Assembly (NCBI RefSeq): GCF_009914755.1
Contig: NC_060927.1
Strand: one strand, 5' to 3'
Length of the DNA: 64,000 nucleotides
Origin: the human T2T-CHM13v2.0 reference genome, Homo sapiens
Position 1 is the first letter of the stretch; every line of letters begins with the position of its first letter. The notes beneath the pieces are model-generated. The model did not search any database. It was not told where the DNA came from and worked only from the letters and a program-made list of their open reading frames with translations. The translations under genes were made by a program, and so were the position numbers. Of the stretch, positions 1 to 14,099 are shown one piece after another.

Positions 1-1169
1 TTAGTTCATTCACAGGTCCCCAACCACTCTAGCCTTAGATGGTAAAGGGAAAGTTTTTCTCTCAACAGTAGTGAAAACAAATCAAATGCCACTATAAAGA
101 AAGCAGTTTCAAAATGAAATACAGAAGCTAGTTGGGCATAGGAAACAAGACTATAAAATATGTGAAGGCCTTCAAGAGATATGCTGGCAGGAGAGCCCTA
201 CTTAATAGAAAATATGAAAGAAATTAGAAGAGGGAGGAAGAGAGAGAGAGAGAATATCATTGGAAAAGAAAAAGAATAAAAGAGCTTTGCTTTATAAACT
301 CTGGCTTATATATCTTGTAGTACATGGATAGAGAATGAACTCTATCCTGTTCCCCAAAGAGTTAAAACTAAGATATTCTAACTTACTGGCATTTTAAAGG
401 CCACAGATTAACTTTATTCTTCACCACCTTTCCTACCCCTCTTTAGCTGTTGTTCCTAGAGTGAACACCCACACTGCCCATTTATCCACACTGCAACTCA
501 CAATTCTCCTTTAGGTTGTCCAACTCACTTTCTATGCCTCCCTGACTGGCAGTCCTTCTATGGTACACATATTACTAATACCAACAGAAAGCATTACTTT
601 TACAAAATGCCCAAGTATAACTGATTACACTTGGTTTGTTTCCATTAAAAAAAAGACAAGGCAATTGACTTTCACTTTTCTTCTAACTACATTCTTGCAT
701 AAATAAAGCTTTTCTTGGTAGCCCTCAGTATGAAGCGGAGCATGGTGCGTATTTTCTATGGTTAGTAAACTCTTTGTTTCAATTGCTTCCAAGGCAAATA
801 CATTTGGCTTCAACATCTGCAAAGTTAAGCAATTAATACAAGTGTCAGATAAATGACATCAAAATCAAGCCTCAGTTGAATACAAATGGACAAATACACA
901 GAGTACATTTGATATTTAATAGAATGAATCTCAAAGATCACAAAATGATGAGTTCCGTTATTAGCAGTGATTAACTCTGACACTGCAATTAACTTTTGTT
1001 TCACATGTATGTCATGGAAACATCTTTATATATGAGTATTTTTACAGTTGTGTTAGGTATTAATATCGTAGTTTTTATCTCTTACTCTCTTTCTCTTCCT
1101 CCTCCTTCTATTTTTCTTCCTCCTCTCCTCCCTCTCTTGCTCTGTGAATTTCATCAAAAAGTTCTTACT

Positions 1170-1275
1170 TCTAATTTGCAGGGCCCAACACAAAATGAAA
1201 ATGAGGGGTCCCTTGTTCAAAAAGCAGGAAAAATACACCATTGCATATGTTTAAATATAAAGATTTTTCCCTTTA
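1170..1275. mobile_element. hAT-Tip100 DNA transposon fragment (MER45-like)
   Basis: 'gcagggcccaacacaaaatgaaaatgaggggtcccttgttcaaaaagcaggaaaa' resembles MER45-family internal sequence (from memory). Confidence 0.45.
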
Positions 1276-1989
1276 AAATATCTATACTAATTTAAAAGGA
1301 TAATGATGATATATGAATACCACCATAAACTAAAAATTGCAAAAAACCTCACACTTTACTTCATAATAGAGCATTGTTTCTATTAGTATAAATATAAATG
1401 CTTATCAAATACAATGACCTTAAGTAGAAGAGATCATGGGAAAATGACACCCCAACACAGAGAAGACAGACACAGACTGCTCTGGCACACAAGGAATAGT
1501 GCAGCAGGGACTCTACCCATGCATCCTTCCTTCCATCCCTTTCCCCTAGTCCACAGAACTAGGGCTAAGGGCTCACTGCAATGCCATCCAGGAGGACTGG
1601 CTCTCTTAATGGCAGAAGAGAGGGCTGAGTCCCTGTAACTCTCTTGGGGATGACGACCAGACTGCCCAATTTAGGCTACTCTCTCCCTTCATGAGCCTAT
1701 AGCATTCTGCTTGCAAACTTGGACCTCAGGTCTATATTCTCTGTAAGAGGGGACAGAGGAGGGTAAGGTAAATGCCAGGAGGGTGGGAAGAAGGAAATTT
1801 GCCTTGGTGCAACCCAGGAAGCCATCTCTTCTGCTGTAGGCAGCTAGGCAGTACTCAGGTAGCAGAGAGAGAGAGATGGCATGAAGAGTTTCTGTGTGAC
1901 AATAGGAGAGCTCATGGTTTTTGGCCCACACGCTGCAGTAACTGAATTTCTCAGGCTCAGCTAGAGGGTATGGGGGTCTGTGGAAGGGG

Positions 1990-2987
1990 TATATTTTCAG
2001 AATAACAGTGGCAGAATTACCTGGGTTAAGTCACAGCATGGCCTAAGTGAAAAAGTACTATATTGCTATGAGAAGAAATGAATTATCCACCAAAAGATCT
2101 GTAAGAATTGGCTAATTTGTTATAAAAGCAACCAGGAGAAAAAAGTCTAGGAGTATATATTGAGGATGCAGAAGCAGGGAGGGAAGATTATTAAACTTGT
2201 AGATATTGACTGATTTGAGTTTATTGATATGAAGACACTCTACTGTGCCTTAGGATTTAATCTCCTGGCAAAAACCAGGAGAACAAATGACTTATATTAG
2301 ATACCAGCCAGATTTGGCACTTGGTTATTCGAATGCTCATTCAATAGACTCAGGAATAGAGTAGCAATAATGACAGGAAAGGAAACTATGCACCAGCTCC
2401 ATATCCTTCTCTTCCTTCACTGTGGCTAATGTAGCTGCTGCTGTTGCTGAATATCTGATCTTCAAACAACAGTTACCAACACTAAGCACGGAGGCCACCT
2501 CCCAACCACCACCCCCAATATAGGGATATCCCATGAAGAGACCAACCAACATTACAATGTGGGCCTTATTAGTCTGACTAGTGTTTCATCCTTACTAGGA
2601 CAGATGTGTGTTTGGCTATGGGTTTGCCTTCTCTATCTTTTTAACACCGTATCTGAGTAAAAGGCATAAAAAGCATTAGATTCCCAATGAGATAACCTTT
2701 GATTAAGAGTGGAGAAATGAGCAAGTAACCACAGGACCTACTAATTCAACCATATACCACATCATGATAGCCTCTTAAAGTCTCAGCTTGCGGCATCTGC
2801 AAGGTTGGGGCACCATCTTTCAAAATGTGAGGTAAAATTCCAACTACTGGCCATTATATGACGTTGTATCCCAGGTAATTAGAATGCAATGATCTGAAAA
2901 CCAAAGGGTGTCGAATTCTGCAGATCATATAGAGCAGGAAAAAAAAAGAAAGAAAACCAGAGTTAACATAGTAGTGGTCCCTCTTAC
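1990..2987 (+). mobile_element. Degenerate ERVL internal region (ERV3-16A3/ERVL-E-like), gag and integrase remnants, left part
   Basis: ERVL gag-like 'gagtttattgatatgaagacactc...ggatttaatctcctggcaa'; integrase-like 'gctgctgttgctgaatatctgatcttcaaacaacag' and 'tatgggtttgccttc'; no intact ORF. Confidence 0.7.
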
Positions 2988-4287
2988 CGTGTCCGGAATT
3001 GGTGGGTTCTTGGTTTCACTGACTCCAAGAATGAGATTGCAGAACCTCGCCTGAGTGTTACGGTTCTTAAAGGTGGCCTGTCCAGAGTTTGTTCGTTTTG
3101 ATGTTGGGAGTTTCTTCCTTCTGGTGGGTTCGTGGTCCCGCTGGCTCAGGAGTGAAGGTGCAGACCTCCACGGTGAGTGTTACAGCTCATAAAGGCAGCA
3201 TGGACCCAAAGAGTGAGCAGTAGCAAGATTTCTTGCAAAGAGCAAAAGAACGAAGCTTCCACAAACTGGAATAGCACCGGAACAAGTTCCCACTGAGGGC
3301 TCGGGCAGCCTGCTTTTATTCTCTTATCTAGCCCCACCCATATCCTGCTGATTGGTCCACTTTACAGAGAGCCAATTGGTCTGTTTTACAGAGGGCTGAT
3401 TGGTCCGTTTTGACAGGGTGCTGATTGGTGCGTTTACAATCCCTGAGCTAGACACAAAAGTTCTCCAGGTCCCCACTAGATTAGCTAGATACAGTGTCCA
3501 CACAAAAGTTCTCCACGTCCCCACTAGATTAGCTAGATACAGAGTGTCGACTGGTGCATTCACAAACCCTGAGCTAGACACAGGGTGCTGATTGGTGTGT
3601 TTACAAAACTTGAGCTAGATAGAGTGCCGATTGGTGTATTTACAATCCCTTAGCTAGACATAAAGGTTCTCCAAGTCCCCACCAGACTCAGGAGCCCAGC
3701 TGGCTTCACCCAGTGGATCCCGCACTGGGGCCGCAGGTGGAGCTGCCTGCCAGTCCCACGCCCTGCGCCCGCACTCCTCAGCCCTTGGGTGGTCGATGGG
3801 ACTGGGCGCCGTGGAGCAGGGAGTGGCGCTGGTTGGGGTGCCTCGGGCCGCGCAGGAGCCCACGGCGGGGGCGAGGCTCAGGCATGGCGGGCTGCAGGTC
3901 CCGAGCCGTACCCCGCGGGGAGGCAGCTAAGGCCCGGCGAGAAGTCGAGCACAGCAGCTGCTGGACCGGGTGCTAAGCCCCTCACTGCCCCGGGCGCGGG
4001 GCCGGCTGGCCGCTCCGAGTGCTGGGCCTGGGAGGCCACGCCCACCCGGAACTTGCCCTAGTCCGCAAGCGCAGCGTGCAGCCTGGGTTCCCGCCCGCGC
4101 CTCTCCCGCCACACCTCCCTGCAAGCTGAGGGAGCCGGCTCCTGCCTTGGCCAGGCTAGAAAGGGGCTCCCACAGTGCAGGGGCGGGCTGAAGGGCTCCT
4201 CAAGTGCCACCAAAGTGGGAGCCCAGGCAGAGGAGGTGCCGAGAGCGAGCGAGGGCTGCGAGGACTGCCAGCAGCTGTCACCTTTCG
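2988..4287 (-). mobile_element. Solo LTR12 (LTR12C/D-like, ERV9 LTR), ~1.3 kb
   Basis: Termini match LTR12 ('gtgtccggaattggtgggttcttggt' and 'ggactgccagcagctgtcacctttc'); CpG-rich U3; repeated ATTGG; TSD ttac(c) at 2984-2988 and 4288-4292. Confidence 0.95.
3310..3640 (-). promoter_or_regulatory. LTR12 U3 promoter/enhancer: six CCAAT (NF-Y) boxes, a GATA site and an AATAAAA TATA-like box, pointing leftward
   Basis: ATTGG at 3351, 3375, 3399, 3424, 3591 and 3630; cttatct at 3323; cttttatt at 3313-3320; matches known ERV9 LTR promoter architecture. Confidence 0.75.
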
Positions 4288-5060
<773 letters not shown>

Positions 5061-5279
5061 CCACAACTTCAGTTTTATGTTTGTTTCCTATTATTTTTAA
5101 GAATTTTAAATTTTTGAAACAACAGCTATCCAGACCTGTGAGAGAATTAAAAAAAAAAAAGAGAGAGAGAGAGCGAGAGGAAGAAAAATAACTAGACATC
5201 ATCTTGAAGAGTCAGTGACCAAACATAGTGAAATTAAACTGGAGCATAAGTGAATCAGAAGGATACAAGGGATGGACCA

Positions 5280-5735
5280 CAGTAGACCCTGCCATGGTAC
5301 TGCCAGTTTCCCCTTAGCACTTAGTGCTCTCATTCAGCTTCTTAAGGCAACACTTAGAAGCTATTAACAGTGTTGAGGAACATACTCAGCCACAACATGG
5401 GAAAGGCTGAGGTGCTGGGGAATTAATCCCCTCAAGAACATTCCTCAACCAATGGTGGATGAGAGTTGAAGGATAAATGCCCCAGCTTTCTAGTCCCTCT
5501 GCTGGGGCAACTCTCAGAGATGAATTACAATCTTTCAGAGGCACCCATCAGGATTGAATTTTAGTAGACAAAAGCAGTAATCTGCTCACTAATGCACATT
5601 CATTTTTTTTCTTCACCTTGCTGACTCACTTTCCTACTCTCCTACCAATGTTTTCTTGAATAATATGTCAAACAAAATACTTTTACTCAAATCCTTGTTT
5701 CGGGATCTGTTTCTGGGGAAGCCAACTGGAGAAAC
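5280..5735 (+). mobile_element. LTR16A-like ERVL LTR (probable 3' LTR of the ERVL)
   Basis: 'ggggaattaatcccctc...caaccaat', and 3' end 'actcaaatccttgtttcgggatctgtttctggggaagccaac'. Confidence 0.7.
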
Positions 5736-6361
5736 TCTTGAGGAAGCATTAGGGGGACTATCAATCCACGTAAAAGGCAACTGAAGGATATGTATCAGAA
5801 AAGGTGTTATTTTTTTCTTAGAGGAATTAAAAAATATGTTTCTATTAATTGGACTATTAAGTATAGAAAAACAAATACAAAATGTTATATTAATTATATA
5901 AGAGTTAATTTTCAATATTTAAAGAAGTTTAAAGACATATTAAGAGAAGAGGTTAATATAATCTTTATTGAAAGGATCTAAACAAAGAGAAATATTAAAT
6001 GTGTTCATAATAGGAGAGTTCTTTTATGGAAAAAATGCATGTTTCAGTTATATATCTGCTTTGCATCTTATTTTGTCAAATCAGGAAAATTAATGATTTG
6101 GATAATTGTTGATAAAGTAGAAATTATTGGCATTAATCATTGACATAATGTGTTTCTAAAAATCTCTTATAAAGCATTTTTCTGTGTTACTAGCAACCAA
6201 TATGTTGGACATAAAACAATACTGTGAATTAGACCCTATGAGATATTGTCTGGATAGAAAACTCACTATGAATGATCCCTCATTCATGATTTTTTTGTGG
6301 GACCTATACACGCAAAGTGTTTCTTTTGGGAGGCTTATGTTCTTCTAGGCTACAAAGCTGG

Positions 6362-6389
6362 TTTGTAGCATTTGTAGCATTTGTAGCAT
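6362..6389. repeat. Tandem 9-mer (tttgtagca) x3
   Basis: Seen directly. Confidence 0.9.
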
Positions 6390-6634
6390 CTGCTGTAGGC
6401 TCAGGGTCTAAAAAGGAGTCCTCATAGCCTAACCTCAAATACAGATCTTACCATCACCCTGATGCTAAGTCAGAAAGGATGCACCTGTTGAAGCACACAT
6501 ATAAGATGAAACAAACAAACAAAAAAAGATCTGTAAGAATAAAAAAGTGTGGCATTAGGAAGTATTTGAGATAACATCACTGGAAGCAGACAAAGGCGAT
6601 CCCTTGTAGATGTAATTTTTTAAAATATTTTCAC

Positions 6635-7012
6635 CTTTTATTTTAGATTTGGAGGGTACATGTGCAGGTTTGTTATGTGGGTATAATGTGTGATGCTGAG
6701 GTTTGGGGTAGAAATGATCCCATCCTTCAGGTGGTAAGCGTAGTACTTGATAGTTTTTCAACCTTTGCCCCCCTCCCTCCCTCCCTCCCTCCCTGTTCTA
6801 GTAGTCCCCAGTGTCTATTGTTGCCATCTTTATGTCTATGAGTACCCAAGGTTTAGCATCCACTTATAAGTGGATGTGGATACCACATCCACAAATACAT
6901 GTGGTATTTGCTTTTCTGTTTCCACATTAATTCACTTAGGATAATGGCCTCCAGCTGCATCCATGTTGCTGCATAGGACATAATTTCATTCTTTTTTAGG
7001 GCTGCATATTAT
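6635..7012 (-). mobile_element. L1 3' end (L1PA15/16-like)
   Basis: 'gggtacatgtgcaggtttgttatgtgggtata...gtccccagtgtctattgttgccatc...ggataatggcctccagctgcatcc'. Confidence 0.85.
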
Positions 7013-7247
7013 TTTTACATTGAGAAAAAGGACAAAAATATTTCAAGATAACATAGAAGGCAACTTTTCTGAAAATAAAAGTAATTGCATTTGTCAATTG
7101 AAAGAAAAAAATAGGTCCCAGAAAAATTTGATACATAAGTATTAACGCCAAGACATACCCTGAAATCAAAAGTCATGAAATGGTTGTGCAGGATCTAGAT
7201 TTTAGGCAAAAACAAAACAAAACAAAACAATAACTCATGAAAAGGCT

Positions 7248-7609
7248 GTGTAGTAGTTTGCTAGGGTTGCCATAACAAAATACCACAGACTATGTGACTT
7301 AAATAACAGAAATTTATCTCACAGTATGGAGGCTGGAAGTCTAAGATCAAAGTGTCTGCAGGTTTGGTTTCTCTTGATGCCTCTCTCCTTGCCTTGCTGA
7401 TGACCATCTTCTCTCTATGTCCTCATGAGGGCTTTTTTCTGTGAGTATGCATCCTTGGTGTGTTTCTTCTGATAGGGACACCAGTCTTATTGAATTAAGG
7501 TTCCCACCCATATGACCTCATTTAACCTTAATTTCCTCCTTAACAATGACATTGGGGGTTAGGGCTTTAACATATGAATTTTGAAGTGGACTCAATTCAG
7601 TCCACAACA
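7248..7609 (-). mobile_element. MaLR LTR (MLT1B-like)
   Basis: 'tagtttgctagggttgccataacaaaataccacagact...ggaggctggaagtctaagatcaa...aattcagtccacaaca'. Confidence 0.85.
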
Positions 7610-8129
7610 GGCAGTCAGGAAAGATATCCAATTTTCTATGAGAAGGTGACAGTAGGCTTGCTTCACATTACTGCAGCAACACTCAATGCTATGACGCAGC
7701 TGAGTTAAAAAAAAAAAAAGAAAAAAAAAGAAGGATGTTATCAATAATTTTATAAATAGGCAAGTTGTTTTCAAAGCATTCTTAAGGCCTTTTTAACTTG
7801 TGTAAACTGAGGTAAATATTTTTCCTGAGCCCTCTTAAAAACAAAATTTAAGAATAAATTCCCCCTGAGAAACCAATGGAAAATCATAGTTAAAATCCAT
7901 AGACATGTAGAGACATACGTAGTCACATAGGTAAAAGAACTGCATTTAAATAACTATTAGGATTATAACTACAAACAAGAATGTATAAGAAGCTCCAAAG
8001 TGGTTAAAAAATTGTTTACCATTTATCTAAGGCTTAGAAAGGAATTCAGTGACAAATTGTCCTTCAAATTAAATTAGTACCCCAAAATTTACCCATGTAC
8101 AATAATTCTTATTATAACACTAATCATGT

Positions 8130-8510
8130 ACCTATAACTAAAAAATATCCAAATGCCTCTCAATGGCAATAACTATATAAGTTATAATGTATTCAAATAA
8201 TGGAATACAATACAGCAATGAGAACAGATTACTATAAGTAACAATATAGGTAAATCTCACAAATAATAAGAGAAAAGCCAGACACAAAAGGTTGCATAGT
8301 ATCTTATTTGATTTATATAAAACTTAAATAGGCAAAATTAATGCATGTGTTAGAGATCAATATAGGATGTAGTGTTTTAAAAAGTGGACACAGTGTGGGG
8401 TTTCTGGGGTACTGGTTCTTTTTTTTTTATCTGGATGCTGGTTGCATGTGTGCAGTCTTTCTGCAAAGGATCTGTGTACTTTTATACATCTATGCTACAC
8501 TTCAGAAAAG
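8130..8510 (+). mobile_element. Old L1ME 3' UTR fragment
   Basis: 'aatggaatacaatacagcaatgaga...aatctcacaaataata...aagccagacacaaaag...ataggcaaaattaat'. Confidence 0.7.
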
Positions 8511-9195
8511 TTCAAAGAAATTATATTACTAAAGGCAGCCTTAAAACACCTGTTCAGTACATATCAAATAAAATTCTTAACAGTCAAAAACCAGGCAAGG
8601 ATCGGTAAAACTTAGTTACATAAGACTGGTAGCAATCATTTTAAACCCCATTTTTAAGTCTGAAGGAGATATTAGGTTAAGGGGTATACTCCATAACAGT
8701 TGCTTTTGGAGACAAGACATTGATTAAAACAAGAGATATTACAGTCTATTTTTTGTTAATAAGTAAAGATAAGACATAAGGCTAAAATTATTGAGGACAG
8801 AGGATATGGGGGAAAGGGGCCATAGCAGAGGAAACCTGAGTCCTTGAAAGATTAAAACATCCATGGAAAGCAGTGATTCGGAGGACCTCTTGCAGATTGA
8901 TAGTCAAAGAGGCCATTGGGGGAATTTGAGAGGGAAAATTTCAGCTAAAGGAATTAACTTCTTGACACATTTGTGACTTAAATGTTTTGCTCACATCCCA
9001 GGTCCAATCAAACACTAAAATCTGTTTTTTTCTACATTTTAAAAATCTTTGTAATCTGCTGCTTCTTTATGACCATAGTGTCTTTACCTTGGACCAGGGC
9101 AACTGCACTTGAATTACTGCACACTTATTTCTTTGGCCTCATACCCTTTCAAGATATTTTCCATGGTAAATCAAAATGTTTCTGAAACCTGACCA

Positions 9196-10172
<977 letters not shown>

Positions 10173-10179
10173 CACATCA

Positions 10180-10745
10180 AAACCTAATCATACCATCTCC
10201 CTATTTGAAACCTGATTGTCTTTTTACTGTTTTTAAGATAAAGTTCAAATTCCTTTATTTCCCAGGCCCTTGATGGGTAAGTTTATCCCATGGCTATTTA
10301 CCTTTAATCCTGTCTCTTTCCACTCCTAAACCACCTCCCTTGCTATTTCCCTTTATCAAGCCCTTCTGTATGTCTTTTCAGTTACTTAATTTATGTTTTC
10401 TTTGGAAGGTAGAGTTCAACTCTCTGTCTCCTTGCCTTGCCTCAGCCTTTCTGGTTTTACTTATCTCTCAGCCCTCAGGTTTGGTGCTCCCTCATCCAGG
10501 AGACCCTCTGTGGCCCAACATTTAAGGGCTTGATGTTCTTTTAAATTCTTTTAAAAACTTTTTGTATTCTTCCTCTCATTGTAACTTCTTCTTTAATAAT
10601 CTTCTCTATTATGAGACTCTGTACTTTAAGAAGAAAGAGACTATGTGCTTTTTATTGTTGCATCAATAGTATCTATCACATAGAAGACACTCAATATCAA
10701 TTATATCTGTACAATTGTATTAATGGAATGAAAGAATGAATTGAT
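10180..10745 (+). mobile_element. L2 3' region (degenerate)
   Basis: L2-like 3' end 'agagactatgtg...acatagaagacactcaata...gaatgaaagaatgaa'. Confidence 0.55.
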
Positions 10746-10804
10746 TGCTTAGACACAGGAGAAGTGGAGATCAAAATATTGAATCTGCCATCAGCAAAGA
10801 ACAG

Positions 10805-11450
10805 TTTATTAGTATTAGTTTGGTTACAAGTATCAAAAACTGAACTGAACTACTTTAGGCAGGAAAAGGTGATGCTACTGATGTCATAAGAAAATTAAGG
10901 TAAGGGACATGTGAATTAGTTAAGGCTCTCTCAATTTCAGGAAACTCAACTTTAGCTAAAACTTTCTGGGCTGGATTTAGCTTTAAGGTGAAACTTAAAT
11001 GAAGAGTCCAAGTGCTGATTCATAATCTGGTCTCTCATTATCTCCAGTTTTTCACTGTTCTCTTCTGTGTGAAAGTCTCAATCTCAAGCCCCATTGGGTG
11101 ATAAGATGAGGGGAATGGAGCTTCCCCTCCTCCCAACTTCTCCAAGATCAACTTCCAGAGCAGCCTTTGTTGTTGTTGTTTTCTAGTGGTTTATATAAAA
11201 GTTCTGAAACCCATTATGAGGTAACTGAACTAAGTCACGTGTGCTCTCCGAACCAATCACTGTCATGCACAGAACGTAATTCCCTTTTTGTCCTAAACTT
11301 ATGTTACATACTCATCCCTGCATATGGAGGTGAAGCCATGATCAAACCTCAAAATTGAGAGTGGGAGAAAGCTAAATCTCCATCCTAACATTGATGCTGC
11401 TGCTAGATTAGCAACAAAAGCAGCAGAGGCAAAGGACAAATGATCCCTAC
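10805..11450 (-). mobile_element. Old MaLR LTR (MLT1J/K-like)
   Basis: 'tttggttacaagtatcaaaaactgaac' and 'aagtcacgtgtgctctccgaaccaatcactgt'. Confidence 0.5.
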
Positions 11451-14099
11451 AGGAGATGATAGAGATGAACTAGGGACAAATAAGCCAGGAGCCCTAATGC
11501 CCTCAGGCCATGCCCTCCCTGCCTGTGCCACACTCTGCACTGTTACTTTCACCACAGAGCTAAGCTATGGCTCATAGTTCACTTTCCTTCTTTCTACTTC
11601 AACAAATGTGACTACACATTAACATTTTAACACTTGAAAATGTATTAAACATTCATTTTCTTTTCGACAATAAATAGTGAATATTTTATTGCATTTCTAA
11701 ATGAACAATGTAAAAAATATGTTGCTATAGTAGTTACAGGATAACCATAGGACACAAATGCCCATATCCAATTAGTGTGCCATTAAACACTTGTCACACA
11801 TGGCAACAATACTAATCAAACTCATTATCCTAGAGAAAATATAAAAACTAAGAGGTAATTAAAATGTCCCATTACATAGTAGGGAAAATCTACCACATTA
11901 AATTCTCTGTAATGCCAAATATATGACCCTGAAAAAGTCAGACAAAGTAATACAATTCTTCATGGTGCTTTTGGTACAATTTTTCAAAGTTGCTATGTTT
12001 TCTGTTCAAACCATATTTAATCCTGAGTTTGTGGAACTCTTTTCCCTATCTTTCTTTATCTGTCCAAGCGCATGAAAGAATTCTCTGTAAATAGATTTTA
12101 ACTGCAATTAACAGCAAATTAATCCTTCCCTCTAGATAATCCACCTTGCCTCATCAAACCAGAAAACAATTCAAACCTGGCCTCCTTCTAACTGGAAGCC
12201 ACATTTTAAGAACTTATTGTGAAGAACTGGAAAGCCTCCAATAGGTGAGTGTAACTAAGGTAATTTGAATATGGGTGAATACAGGAACAATTCCCAGGCT
12301 CTGTTACTCTCTTTGTTGAAACCCATTCTTTTGGAAAATCATTTTCTTTAGCCATTGGACAACAAAATGCATTGTCAAGAAATTTTATAGCAATAATTAT
12401 AAAAGATGTCCATTTGAACCCATTGAGGTCTCACTGATTTTATAACACCCAGCAGACCTCCCTGCAGGAGAACACTATATTTATGTGAGCAATATATGCG
12501 AGAATTGAGATCGTAAAATTAAATGACCACATAGAACTGTCATTTATATGATGAGCGCCTACATATGTGAAGGCTGGTTTATTTTGCAGTGTCGGGTTGC
12601 GTTAAATGGTCCACTCTCAGTAAATGTTTTTAATCACGCATTTCTTCACTCTTTCTGCAGTATTACACTTGAAGGACTGGTAAGCAGTTTGCTATGAAAT
12701 GCTAAATGGTTACTGGTACTGCTATTCTGACAGAAGAGCTCACTAAAATAGAAGTACAGTACATATTGTATGCAATTGTTTTATGAGAGACATTATGGTT
12801 ACTAGAATAACATTTCACCATTACCAACTGCTGAGAGAAAAGTCATTAAGATATTTGGCAAGCCAGTGCAATTTTTCAACAGAACTATAGTATAAGACCA
12901 TAGAACAGCTTCCATAGAGAGAGGCTGGCTGTCTCACAAGAAAAAAAAAAGAAGTCAAGTCTCAAGTCTTCTATGTTGTTTTATTTATAGTTGTTTATTT
13001 TCAGAGTCCATTGAAAAAGTTATAAGATATGTCATGTATGTCAGGAGAAACATAGCAAATGCTTATGTGCAATATATGTATATTTCACATACAAGTATTT
13101 TCTGTATATGTGCATGTTTAGTGTGTGTGTATGTAAAAGATTAATCTCTTGTGATAAATCTTACAACAACTTCAGTGTGTTAAAACTCACCTTTTCCCAG
13201 GGAATTGCCTTTGTTCAGAAATTATTGTGTACATTTTTAACAGTTAATTTCTTGTTGTTGTTTCTTTTTTTAATAAGAAGACATTCATGGATGGGGCAGA
13301 GGTGAGAATATGGATTAGTCTGAAGGCACTTCATCCAAATAAAGGAAAATAAAATAAGCAGCTTGCTGTAAACATTTAACATTTCCTACCATGTATTGGT
13401 GGTTTAAAAAAAGAGAAAGAAAGTCATGATAACAGCTTTATAAATGTTTTGCAAATATATATACCCAAAATATATATACGCACGTTTGTGTGTATTTGTA
13501 TACATATTATATATATGTATAAAATATCTGCACAGTAGATAACTTTTTGATTGCTAAACCAACAAAGCTTGCCACTTGCTCCTGCCAATGCTACTTTCTT
13601 ATGCTACTTCTTTATACTTCATTTCATCAAGAAAAAATGCCAGCATTCACCAAAAGCAAATATACTTTGGAATGTCTCTAAAACAACAAACATATAACCA
13701 AATTGGAATTATTTAGTCAGATACATGAATATATATGAATAATCGTGAAGGCAAAACTAAGCTACCTTTCTCATCACTGCTGTGGTCCCTTCAGTAAATG
13801 GCATACAATCTTAAACGGAGCTCCTAGTCAGTAACTATCAGCTGGATGAATATTCAGAAAAAAGATGCTGGAGATGTAATAAATAATAGTTTTTAATAGA
13901 TATTTTAAATTACCCAGAAAACGGAATTCCATTTCTGTATATTCAAGACTTTTGACTCCATATAGAGAGGCCCTGAGTTTCTCACAGAAGTTATAAAGGA
14001 AAAATAAAAGCTATGCAGTCAATTCAGTTAAAAAAAAATCAACCCAGCTGAATTAAGCAAATTTTTTATTATTTGGAGGTGCCTATAGAAAAATCCAAA

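Noticed and set aside
2913-2925. GAATTCTGCAGAT resembles a pCR/pcDNA polylinker (EcoRI-PstI)
   Set aside because: Only a 13-bp match that does not continue into GATATC or other vector sequence, so vector contamination is not supported.
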